Shown piece after piece: positions 33,306-45,335 of a DNA stretch of 64,000 nt. Position numbers and translations under genes: made by a program. Source of the DNA: Ranitomeya imitator (lineage: Eukaryota); assembly GCF_032444005.1 (NCBI RefSeq), contig NC_091288.1, forward strand, positions 218,054,001 to 218,118,000. The letters are read 5' to 3'. The notes beneath the pieces are model-generated. The model was given only the letters and a program-made list of their open reading frames with translations. It was not told the DNA's origin and searched no databases. Each line of letters begins with the position of its first letter. Position 1 is the stretch's first letter.

Positions 33306-35838
33306 TCTATAATATAACGCTGGGAGGGTCACTCTGTCCGAAGCCTTTATAGACTGCACAAGCGCCGGCGCAGTCTGGCCCCCACAGAGTGACGCTCCCA
33401 GGAGATCGCGGTATGCGTAAACACTAAACGCACACCGCGATCTCCACCGGAGAGGCAGGGACCGTGGACGCGCCAGGAGGGGGAATATATTCACCTGTCC
33501 CCCATTCCAGCGCTGCGTGCGGCTCCGGCTCCCAGGTCCTCTGCTGTGACGTTCACAGTTCAGAGGGCGCGATGACGCGCTTAATGCACGCCGGCGCCGC
33601 CCTCTGACTGACCAGTCACAGCCAGAGAAGCCGGAACACGGAGCGGACGCAGCGCTGGAACGGGGGACAGGTGAATATAGCAAGTGCTGGGGGGCCTGAG
33701 CTGGCGGCGATACCGGCACCTGACCCCCACAGCGCGCCGGTGTCCCCGCCTGCTCAGGCCCCCCAGCACTCGGCGCCCAGCGACGATAGGTGAGTATGAT
33801 ATTTTTTTTTAATATATCGCAGCAGCATACGGGGCATATACAATGGAGCATCTTATGGGACTGTCACGATATGGTATGAAATATCATAAGTAGTTCTCTT
33901 GCTAGCCTGCGTGGGCTTAGCCCCTCTTCTTGGAGTGATACTGCAACAGTTGTAGCTGCAAATTCCTGGCTTTCCTTCTCAGAGAGTGTGGGGGTTAGGA
34001 GAGCCAAAGTTATTTACGACCGGCATTTCCTGTGTAAGCTCTTGTTCAGCTATAAGTGAAGTAGAAACTTCGAGGATCCATGAAAGATTCTTTGTTTAGT
34101 TTTTGTTAGATATTAGGCAAGCGATTTAAGCTAGACATACGAAAATATATATTCTTATTCTCACTCGGTGTATTTACCCATTCCCCGAAACACGGGCTTC
34201 TAACTCCGTCTGGTAAAGAAGTAGGGTTTTCTCTGTAAATATGTATCCCAGATAGGACATATTTGATCTCATTAGAATGCTCACGTTAATCCGAGATGAA
34301 TGATGAGTTTGTTAGGACTCTGACATGTTTTGTAGTGAAGTTATAGAAATAAGAGAAAATAGTTTAAAGTTTAGGCAGAATGTAGAGAGAGGAGGGTCTG
34401 GATAAGCCAGCCTTTCTGTGATGTCACAGCCTTAATGTTTTAAGTGTCTGGCAGGCTCTGAGGAGTCACTTTTCTGCTTGATTTCTTGTCTTCTCCTGGA
34501 AGAGCCCTGCACACGTCCAAATGAGCTGGGACGTACGGTTGCCTGTCATGCTTTGAACATGTGAGTGTTGCTTTTTCTCATTTATTCCCTTTATGTTATA
34601 ATTACCCTTGTACATATTTGCAATTGTCTCATTTGTAACATCTTTGTAAAATATTTTGATAAAACACTGCCTGAAACTTTTGATGGGGTATATTATTTAA
34701 TACCAGTTCTTTCTCCTGTTCTAAACCGTACCCTAAGTCTCTTGAAGGGAAAATACGCTACTGTTGTGTTGGGTTAGCTTCGGACCCGTTTAATCGAAGC
34801 TGGTGGCAGCGAGAGTGTGCAGACTGTTGAGTGAGGCTGTAGCGACTGCGGCGTTGCTAATTATTGTTCCTGCCTGAGTGGGAGTAGTTATCGCGTCGCT
34901 GTAGCGTGCCCAATAGCCAGTACATAGCAGGCAGCCTTTCTGGCGACTAATTACCCAGGGTGCAGTACCTAATCTGACCGGAGAGTAAGGGGGGCGCCAG
35001 AGAGCTGCAAGTGTTAAGTGGTACTGTAAGTGGGATATACATAAATCCCTGCAGTTCGTGGTATATAGAAAAGCAGTGGGATACCTAGAATAAGCCCCTG
35101 CTGTAAACTAAGAGGTCAATAGCCTTGTGTGTGTTTTCTCATCACATCGTGGAGTGGAGGGATAACTAAGATAAGCCCCCCTGCACATGTGATAGCCGAC
35201 TGTTGGCCTAAAGTCACCTCAATCCGTGACGTAGGGGTGACGGTCACGGTGGGAATCCTGACCAATTGGTGACAGCGGTCAGGGGAATCGTGACAGGGGC
35301 CATCAACCATAATGGAGCAGTGTACGGGGGCATATAGTATGGAGCATCTTATGGGGGCCATAAACCTTTATGGAGCAGTGTACGGGGGCATATACAATGG
35401 AGCATCTTATGGGGGCCATCAACCATAATGGAGCAGCGTGTGGGGCATATGGATGGGGGAAGCAAATTAAAGAACGGTGGCGCAGGATGGGAGCAGCACA
35501 TGACAGAACGGGAGCGCAAGATGGGAGCAGCACATGACAGAACGGGAGCGCAGGATGGGAGCAGCACATGACAGAATAGGGCAGCACATGAGAGAACGGG
35601 GGTGCAGGATGGGAGCAGCACATGACAGTACGGGGGCACAGGATGGCAGCAGCACATGACAGAACGGGAGCGCAGGATGGGAGCAGCACATGACAGGATG
35701 GGGGTGCAGGATGGAGCAGCACATGACAGGATGGGGGTGCAGGATGGAGCAGCACATGTCAGAATGGGGACGCAGGATGAAGACCATATACCAATATAAA
35801 TGCTCGCCACCCGGGCGTAGAACGGGTTCAATAGCTAG
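33306..35838 (+). mobile_element. Non-autonomous Helitron-like element 1
   Basis: Starts a|TCtataatataacgctgggag. Ends with short hairpin cccg...cggg, 8 nt, then CTAG at 35835-35838. No TSD, no Rep/helicase ORF. Confidence 0.6.
33862..35295. mobile_element. Probable solo LTR (1434 bp) inserted into Helitron-like element 1
   Basis: Termini TGTCACGA...TCGTGACA. Flanks gggac / ggggc form a 5-bp TSD with one mismatch. The empty site tcttatgggggccatcaacc is seen intact at ~35407. Confidence 0.65.
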
Positions 35839-38800
35839 TCTAATATGTGTGTATGTCCGGGATTGGCATCTGCACCGTCGCAGCTACAGCCACAAAATTT
35901 TGCACAGTCACACGTCTGAACCCCGAGAGCATCATAGGCTATGTTGTGAGGTGAAATTTTAACCCTGCACTTTCCAATTCACCAAACAATTTTGCCCATA
36001 TCTACATAATGGGGAAAAAGTGAAAGGAAAAGTGTTGGAGGCAAATTGACAGCTGCCAGATGTGAACAAGGGGGACTTAAAGAGTGAGAGCGATGGCGCC
36101 AAAGAGTATATACCGTACAGCTGCTAAGGTGGGGTCCCGACATGGGATACTCACCACACACGGGGATATGAACACACACACAAAATGCGCCACACACTAC
36201 CACGTGCTTGAACACATATACCACCCTCAGCACACATTTCACCACACATACACCAACCTCGCCACATAAAAGTCGAAACAAAAAAGTCAACGCTCAAAAC
36301 TCACCACGCGCAAAACTCGCCACATGCAAAACTAGGCTCACGCAAAACTCACCTCATGGAAAACTCGTCACACGCAAAACTTGCACACGCGGAAAAATTG
36401 CCACATGCACAAAAGTTGCCACATGCAAAAGTTGCCTCACACAAAACTTGCACATACTCAAAACGCACCACACATAAAACTCGCCACGCGCAAAACTTAC
36501 CATGCACACAACTTGCTACACTAACCTGTCACATGCAACTCGACACACAAAAAGTTGCTACACGCATGTCACCACACAAAACTCATCTCACAAAAGTCGC
36601 TACATGCATGTCGCCACACGCAACTCAACACACACAACTTGACACATGAAACTCGCCCTAAAACACACACAAGTCTGGTATTAGCCTTCAAAAATCTGAT
36701 TAATAAGCAGACAAACTACAAGAGCAACAACTGAACCATATAGGAAATACGGCAGCTGTCAGTCACATGACCTGTCTATTATGTGTATGTGTGAGCTAAT
36801 ATATACTGCCAGGGGGAGGGCTTCCTGTTGGCTGTGGATTTATCAGGCTGCCAATTTACAAATACTGAGGTAAAAATACTGAGCAAATAACGTGTAAACG
36901 TGGTCTAATACAGGAGGAGATGACATACAGATATATACTATATACAGGAGAGATGGCACACAGGTATATACTATATACCGGAGGAGATGACATACAGATA
37001 TATACTATATACAGGAGGAGATGACACACGTATATACTATATACAGGAGGAGATGACACAGGTATATACTATATACAGGGGAGATGACATACAGGCATAT
37101 ACTATATACAGGAGGAGATGACACACAGGTATATACTATATACAGGAGGAGATGACACACAGGTATATACTATATACAGGGGAGATGACATACAGGTATA
37201 TACTATATACAGGGGAGATGACACACAGATATATACTATATACAGGAGGAGATGACACATATATACACTATATACTATATACAGGAGGAGATGACACACG
37301 TATATACTACATAAAAGAGATGACACAGGTATATAGATTAGATGACAGAGCAGGTATATACTATATACAGGGGAGATGACATACAGGTATATACTATATA
37401 CAGATGACACAGGTATATACTATATATAGGAGATGACACAGGTATATAGTATATACAGGAGATGACACAGAAATATACAATATACAGGAGGAGATGACAT
37501 ACAGCAGGTATATATTATTTACAGGGGAGATGACATACAGGTATATACTATATACAGGAGGAGATGACACAGGTATATACTATATACAGGGGAGATGACA
37601 TACAGGTATATACTATATACAGGGGAGATGACATACAGGTATATACTATATACAGGGGAGATGACATACAGGTATATACTATATACAGGGGAGATGACAT
37701 ACAGGTACATATATATACAGGAGGAGATGACATACAGGTATATACTATATACAGGAGGAGATGAAACACAGGTATATACTATATACAGGAGGAGATGACA
37801 TACAGGTATATACTATGTACAGGAGATGACTTACAGGTATATACTATATACAGGAAGAGATGACACACAGGTATATACTATTTACAGGGGAGATGACATA
37901 CAGGTATATACTATAGACAGGAGGAGATGACACAGGTATATACTATTTACAGGGGAGATGACACAGGTATATACTATATACAGGAGGAGATGACACACAG
38001 GTATATACTATATACAGGAGGAGATGACATACAGGTATATACTATGTACAGGAGGAGATTACTTACAGGTACATATATATACTATATACAGGAGATGACA
38101 TACAGGTATATACTATATACAGGAGATGACATACAGGTATATACTATATACAGGAAGAGATGACACACGTATATACTACATAAAAGAGATGACACAGGTA
38201 TATAGATTAGATGACAGAGCAGGTATATACTATATACAGGGGAGATGACATACAGGTATATACTATATACAGATGACACAGGTATATACTATATATAGGA
38301 GATGACACAGGTATATAGTATATACAGGAGATGACACAGAAATATACAATATACAGGAGGAGATGACATACAGCAGGTATATATTATTTACAGGGGAGAT
38401 GACATACAGGTATATACTATATACAGGAGGAGATGACACAGGTATATACTATATACAGGGGAGATGACATACAGGCATATACTATATACAGGAGGAGATG
38501 ACACACAGGTATATACTATATACAGGAGGAGATGACATACAGGTATATACTATGTACAGGAGGAGATTACTTACAGGTACATATATATACTATATACAGG
38601 AGATGACATACAGGTATATACTATATACAGGAGATGACATACAGGTATATACTATATACAGGAGGAGATGACACACGTATATACTACATAAAAGAGATGA
38701 CACAGGTATATAGATTAGATGACAGAGCAGGTATATACTATATACAGGGGAGATGACATACAGGTATATACTATATACAGATGACACAGGTATATACTAT

Positions 38801-40147
38801 ATATAGGAGATGACACAGGTATATAGTATATACAGGAGATGACACAGAAATATACAATATACAGGAGGAGATGACATACAGCAGGTATATATTATTTACA
38901 GGGGAGATGACATACAGGTATATACTATATACAGGAGGAGATGACACAGGTATATACTATATACAGGGGAGATGACATACAGGTATATACTATATACAGG
39001 GGAGATGACATACAGGTATATACTATATACAGGGGAGATGACATACAGGTATATACTATATACAGGGGAGATGACATACAGGTACATATATATACAGGAG
39101 GAGATGACATACAGGTATATACTATATACAGGAGGAGATGAAACACAGGTATATACTATATACAGGAGGAGATGACATACAGGTATATACTATGTACAGG
39201 AGATGACTTACAGGTATATACTATATACAGGAAGAGATGACACACAGGTATATACTATTTACAGGGGAGATGACATACAGGTATATACTATAGACAGGAG
39301 GAGATGACACAGGTATATACTATTTACAGGGGAGATGACACAGGTATATACTATATACAGGAGGAGATGACACACAGGTATATACTATATACAGGAGGAG
39401 ATGACATACAGGTATATACTATGTACAGGAGGAGATTACTTACAGGTACATATATATACTATATACAGGAGATGACATACAGGTATATACTATATACAGG
39501 AGATGACATACAGGTATATACTATATACAGGAAGAGATGACACACGTATATACTATTTACAGGGGAGATGACATACAGGTATATACTATAGACAGGAGGA
39601 GATGACACACAGGTATATACTATAGACAGGAGGAGATGACATACAGGTATATACTGTATATACTATGTACAGGAGGAGATGACTTACAGGTACATATATA
39701 TACTATATACAGGAGATGACATACAGGTATATACTATATACAGGAGGAGATGACATACAGGTATATACTGTATATACTATGTACAGGAGGAGATGACTTA
39801 CAGGTACATATATATACTATTTACAGGGGAGATGACACACGTATATACTATTTACAGGGGAGATGACATACAGGTATATACTATAGACAGGAGATGACAT
39901 ACAGGTGTATACTATATATAAGGGAGATGATAAACATGTATATACTGAGGGGAAAATGAGAGGTGTGAGTGCAAAATGAGAGGAGTGAGGGAATATAGTG
40001 GAGTGATCGGAAAATGACAGATGTGAGGTCGAAATGACAAGTGTTAGGGGGGAATGAGAGGAGTGAGGGGGAAAATGAGAGACGTGAGGCGCTATAACTA
40101 ACCACAGCTAGTTACTATGCCCAGGCAACGCCGGGCTCTTCAGCTAG
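35839..40147 (+). mobile_element. Non-autonomous Helitron-like element 2, head-to-tail with element 1
   Basis: Starts TC immediately after the CTAG of element 1. Ends with hairpin gcccaggcaacgccgggc (40119-40136) and CTAG at 40144-40147, followed by T. Confidence 0.65.
36910..39930. repeat. ~28-33 bp AT-rich satellite with ~870-bp and larger segmental re-duplications, inside Helitron-like element 2
   Basis: Unit ggagatgacatacaggtatatactatatacag(g). Identical ORF translations recur at 37548/38925 and 37927/39304 (1377-bp offset). Confidence 0.9.
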
Positions 40148-40329
40148 TAAGCTATAAATCACTACGTCCATGATACAACATGTAACAACGGTGTCAGCCG
40201 GCACTGCAGCCCCTCACACCCAGTAACCCCCTCTCCCCCTGTAACCCCCATTGTGTGGGCTGCCATAGCCGGCAACTATAGAAGACGCTGTCCCTTTAAC
40301 AGAACGAGCGCCTAACTGTCTGCCGACAC

Positions 40330-41226
40330 ATAAATATTTGAGCCCGGAGGGAGGAGGAAGAGCGCCCCTCCCCTCTGAGAGGCCAGCTGCTCATCAATGC
40401 GGGCGGACGAGACCATCGCGGAGGGAGGGGGGTGTTTGTGCTCGGGCTGAGCTCGGAGGCTTCGCGCTTCCTCCCGGCGGCCGCGGCCCGTGTTTGTCGC
40501 AGGGCAGGGGGCGGGCGGAGGGGATTTGTCGCAGCGCGGACCCCCCTGTGGGCAGCTGGTGACTGAGGAGCGGGTTCTCCGCCGCCCCTTCCCCTCGGCG
40601 TCACACAATGCTCGGCCTCCATCTTGCTCCGACGCCGCGCTCCGCTCCCCCCTCCCTTGTTTATCTTTAGTTCAGTCCAAATCTGCAGCAAAAGGGGAAA
40701 AAAAAAAAAAAGCTCCAATGTTACAAACGGCGCAGTGCTATTAGCTGCATCCGCCGCCCGGTGCATCCGGTGCATCCGCCGCTGTGTCACCCGGGGCCGC
40801 GCCCGCCCGCCGCCGCCGCCGCTGTGTGACATTTTTTTTTTTGTTTTTTTGCAGGTGGGGGCTGGGGAGCCGCGGGGTGAGAGGTCACAGGCGCTGCCAT
40901 ATTTTGGATAGTAAATAATGCACAAATAATCCGCAAGGGGAGGAGGGAAGAAGAAGAAGAAGAGGGGAGAGGAAGAGGGAGAAGAGGGGCGCGGAGCCCC
41001 GGTGCGTGCTGCAGGGAGGCGGAGGCGGGGGCCGTGATGTCACCGCGCGCTGAGCCTTCTTTATCCCATGCCCTGTGTATTTTATAGGGGATTTTTTTCC
41101 CCCTCCGCCTTTAGGGGGCAGTGATCTACCGGAGAGACGCGTCCGAGGAGGGAGGGGGCGGCGGAGCGGGGGGGCGACAACCGCGAGAATAGACGAGAAA
41201 AAGAGACTTTATTGATTTCTGCAATA
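40330..41226. promoter_or_regulatory. MAZ CpG-island promoter/5'UTR
   Basis: Very GC/CpG-rich, with several GGGAGGG and GGGCGG boxes directly upstream of the ATG at 41227. Confidence 0.65.
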
Positions 41227-44200
41227 ATGGACGCGAACTGGACCAGCTTTATATTCCAGGTAATGGTGAGTGTGCGGGAGGCCGGGGTGTAAGGGGAGGA
41301 TGAGGTGTGCGGGGAGGCCGGGGTGTAAGGGGAGGATGAGGTGTGCGGGGAGGCCGGGGTGTAAGGGGAGGTTGGGGGTCTGCGGGGAGGCCGGGGTGTG
41401 AGGAGAGGTTGGGGGTCTGCGGGGAGGCCGGGGTGTGAGGAGAGGCTGGGGGTGTAAGGGGAGGCTGGGGGTCTGCGGGGAGGCCGGGGTGTGAGGAGAG
41501 GCTGGGGGTCTGCGGGGAGGCCGGGGTGTGAGGAGAGGCTGGGGGTCTGCGGGGAGGCCGGGGTGTGAGGAGAGGTTGGGGGTCTGCGGGGAGGCCGGGG
41601 TGTGAGGAGAGGCTGGGGGTCTGCGGGGAGGCCGGGGTGTGAGGAGAGGCTGGGGGTCTGCGGGGAGGCCGGGGTGTGAGGAGAGGCTGGGGGTCTGCGG
41701 GGAGGCCGGGGGTCGCTGGCGGCAGAGGAGCCGGCGGCCGCGGAGTCCTGTAAATCTGCAGCTTCTTCTCCCGCCTGTGAGGCTGTATTATTTCTTTTTT
41801 TGCAGGGAGGAGGGAGCGGAGAGCGCTGGTGCTGGGTGTTTTCTCACCACCCCTCCTCTCCCTCTTTCCTCTCCCTCTTTCCTCTCATAGTGAAGCTGGC
41901 AGTGAGGGATAGTGTCCTCTGCTCCCCGCGTGGAGAGGTCGCCCCTCGTCCGGGCCACAGTGACACCGAGGTCTGACGGGCCATTGTGTGCTGCGTCCAT
42001 GGGATACGGGAGGGTGGACGGTGTCAGGAAGCGGTTAATTGGGAGAGGATTGGGGTCTCATTACATTGGGGGGGGGGTCTCTGTGCCTAAGGATGAGGGT
42101 CCTGGGCTCTGCAGACAGTGTGTGACATGGGGGTGGTGCTCATTTGGGGTCCTTGTACGTTCTAGGTGTGATGACTTGTGCACAGAGATGTCATGGTGTG
42201 GCGGTGGTCTTTATTACGGTGTATAGACCACGTGTGCAGATAAATGTCCTCTACATGGGGGGGTAGCGAGGCTGGGACCGGACGTAGCGAGGCTGGGACC
42301 AGACGTGACCCAATTCTAAGCCTTTGTCGTGCTCGGGGCCTGGTCTGAGGAGCTTGCACTCGTCTGTGACCAGGTGGTCCTAGCAATTAATGACTTGGTA
42401 ACTGGTCAGCCGTTTGTTGTGGAGATCGTCGGTCTGACCGGCTGTACCCGGCCTCCAGTTGCCACTTGGGGTGTCCTAACTTTACACTATTGTTGTTGAT
42501 TTGGAAGCTTGGAGGATCTATTAGTTATTGGTCCTTTTGTCTCCTCCAGACCCCTCCTCCACCCCCGGCGGAGCCCTTACAAGTTGAACTGTTACCTGTA
42601 CTTGCGACTGTTACCGCACCGCCCGATGGATCCCTCACGACGCAAACCTTGGTGCACACTATGGCGCCCCAACACCCGTCCACAGTGGACACGGCCGCCC
42701 TCAAACAAGTGGTGCCGGGACTGTCCATCCCACAGCAGATGGTGCCAACCACCATTACATCTCAGCCTTCCCCCATCTCCACCGCTCTCCCTTTGCACCC
42801 GGTCATGGAGCTCTCCAAGAAGTCTAAGGGCCGGGGCCCCTACATATGTTCCTTGTGCTCCAAAGAGTTTAAGAACGGCTACAACCTGCGGAGACATGAA
42901 GCTATCCACACGGGCACCAAGCCCGCCCGGGCGCAGCCTGCGGTCAAGATGCCCACCATGGTTCCTCTCAGTTTGCTCAGTGTTGCTGGGACCCTCGGGA
43001 CCAGTACTGAACCCCTGGAGGTTCCTACATCTCCTTCCACGCTGCCTTTACCGGGGCCGTCGCCTACAGCTAAAAAGGTTCGGAAAAACCACGCCTGTGA
43101 GATGTGCGGGAAGGCCTTCCGGGACGTTTACCACCTGAATCGCCACAAGTTGTCTCACTCCGATGAGAAGCCGTACTCGTGCCACGTGTGTCAGCAACGC
43201 TTCAAGCGCAAGGACCGCATGACGTATCACGTCCGCTCCCACGACGGGACGGTGCACAAACCGTACATCTGTAGCCACTGCGGGAAAGGCTTCTCCCGGT
43301 AAGATGCCGGACAGCCAGCCCTGTCACTTGGCCAGCCCATCACTCGTCCGGCCTGTCCCCCGGGCCAGCCCATCACTCGTCCGGCCCGTCCCCCAGGCCA
43401 GCCCATCACTCGTCCGGCCCGTCCCCCGGGCCAGCCCATCACTCGTCTGTCCCGTCCCCCGGGCCAGCCCATCACTCATCCAGCCAGCCCATCCGCCGGC
43501 CCATCACCCGTCCGGCCAGCCCATCCCCCGGCCCATGCCGATTCCTCTTTTGTCTCTTTCAATCTTATTTTTCATTTCTTCTCTTTCAGTCCGGATCACT
43601 TGAACAGTCACGTCAGACAAGTTCACTCTACGGAGCGCCCCTTTAAATGCCAGGTACTTGTAAAATGTGGTTCTTCGATGATCTTTGGTCGGTCGGCGTT
43701 CGTTGTGTTTCTCGGTCACATCATTGTCTTCTCCTTCCGCCTCCAGACCTGTGAAGCTGCTTTTGCTACGAAGGACCGGCTCAGGGCCCACATGGTGCGA
43801 CACGAGGAGAAGGTTCCTTGTCACGTGTGTGGGAAGCTCCTCAGTGCGGCCTACATCACCGACCACATGAAGGTCCACAGCCAGGGACCCAACCACGTGT
43901 GTGAGCTGTGTAACAAAGGTAAGGGAGGTGTGCGTTGTGCACGTGTCTCAGCCGCTCAGTCCAACACCGCACCACTACACTTCTGAGGGCCCCAAATCCG
44001 GCATATCCCAACATCCAGCGATGCTCTTCTCGGCCATGAGTGAACACGTTCTCCTTAGAAGGGTGGAGGGTGGTCTTTGTTTGAGTCCTTCAATCTCTCT
44101 CACCAGTGTGGTCTTATGAGTGAACGGTTCCCTGACTAAATGGATGGGTTCTTTTCACTAACATGTTAGTAAATTGGTTACAACAAGAGTAGATATAAAA

Positions 44201-45335
44201 GGTCCATTATTCCTGTACGTTGTATCATGGGGGCATGCGGAGTTGTTGCTACAGGTACCGGAAGTTGATGTGATCTCGGCTAGGAGACCAGATGCAAGCT
44301 ATTTATTTGCAAATGTTAAAATAAGCATTAATGAGATCCTTGGGGGCGGGGTGTGTGGAATGTTAGACTCTTCGGGGGCGGGGTGTGTGGAATGTTAGAC
44401 TCTTCAGGGGCGGAGCCTGGCTATGAATTAAAGAACCAGTAAACAAATTAGACATTTCTGATCCTTGGACAGAGCGCCACCTACTTTTAGCCGAGAATAT
44501 AGTTTCTGAAACCTTCACATTGATCGGCTCTAACATTTTGTCTTCAGTCTCCTTTTTACTGAGGGCTTCCCATGAACTCTCCCTGTTTACTGGTTCTTTA
44601 GTGGGGTAGCGGCACCTTGCAGGATGGTGTGGGTGAGGGGATCGCTTTGTGATGATGGAGCTAAGCCTGTGGCCCGGCCTTAAAGTGGCGTGTGCTTCTC
44701 CTCCCCCGTGCAGGTTTTGCCACGGCCGCGTACCTGCGGGTCCACTCGGTGAAGCACCACGGTCTGGTGTGCCCACGGGCAGACAGCTTCCTCTGCAAGT
44801 TGTGCAGCGTTCACTGCAAAACCCTGGCACAGCTGAGCGGCCACATGCACACACACGCCATGTCGGGGGCCACGGGGCTCGCTGAGGGACCCCTACTGCA
44901 GTGACCACGGCTAAGGCAAGAGCCTAGTTCCCTTTTCCCTTCCCTTTCCTGGGGATGTATGCATTGTTGGTAGCTGGAGGCTGTGCTGAGCATTGCTGGG
45001 TTTTGGGGTATGCCCTGTAGCCCCCCGTACCTCGTCTTGTAGCATGCCTGCCCGTCACTCAGTGGTTGTGTTTGGAGACGCCCCTGCCCCCGCTCTGCTT
45101 GTCTAGATGCTTTATTGTATTCTCGTAATTCCGTCTCTAATCATTGACTTTATCCCCCTGCTCACGTTTTGCATTGTTCGTTATGTGCCCCCACAATAAT
45201 TCGCCTTTTTTTTCTGCCTTCTCTCCCCTCACAGGCACCTGCGAAGTCTGCCCTCTCGCGGATCCGACGGCCGGCGAAACCGCTGTGCTTCCGAACACCA
45301 GTGTTCCCGGCATGATGTCCACGCAGCCCTGGTGA
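41227..45335 (+). CDS. MAZ: MYC-associated zinc finger protein. Exons 41227-41259, 42550-43298, 43590-43653, 43747-43918, then last exon 45235-45335 (372 aa) or alternative 44714-44904 (402 aa, two extra fingers)
   Basis: GPYICSLCSKEFKNGYNLRRHEAIHTG, KMPTMVPLSLLSV, KNHACEMCGKAFRDVYHLNRHKLSHSDEKP, PDHLNSHVRQVHSTERPFKC, KVPCHVCGKLLSAAYITDHMKVHSQGP and terminal QPW* are MAZ-specific (distinct from VEZF1). Splice phases are consistent. Adjacent to KIF22 as in mammals. Confidence 0.95.
41275..41712. repeat. ~38-bp G-rich tandem repeat in MAZ intron 1
   Basis: Unit ggggtctgcggggaggccggggtgtgaggagaggctgg. Confidence 0.85.
43328..43525. repeat. 33-bp tandem repeat (~5-6 copies) in MAZ intron 2
   Basis: Unit ggccagcccatcactcgtccggcccgtcccccg. 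Confidence 0.8.

Noticed and set aside
40296-40925. 209-aa antisense ORF over the MAZ promoter
   Set aside because: GC-rich low-complexity CpG-island sequence with few stops; no domain signal.
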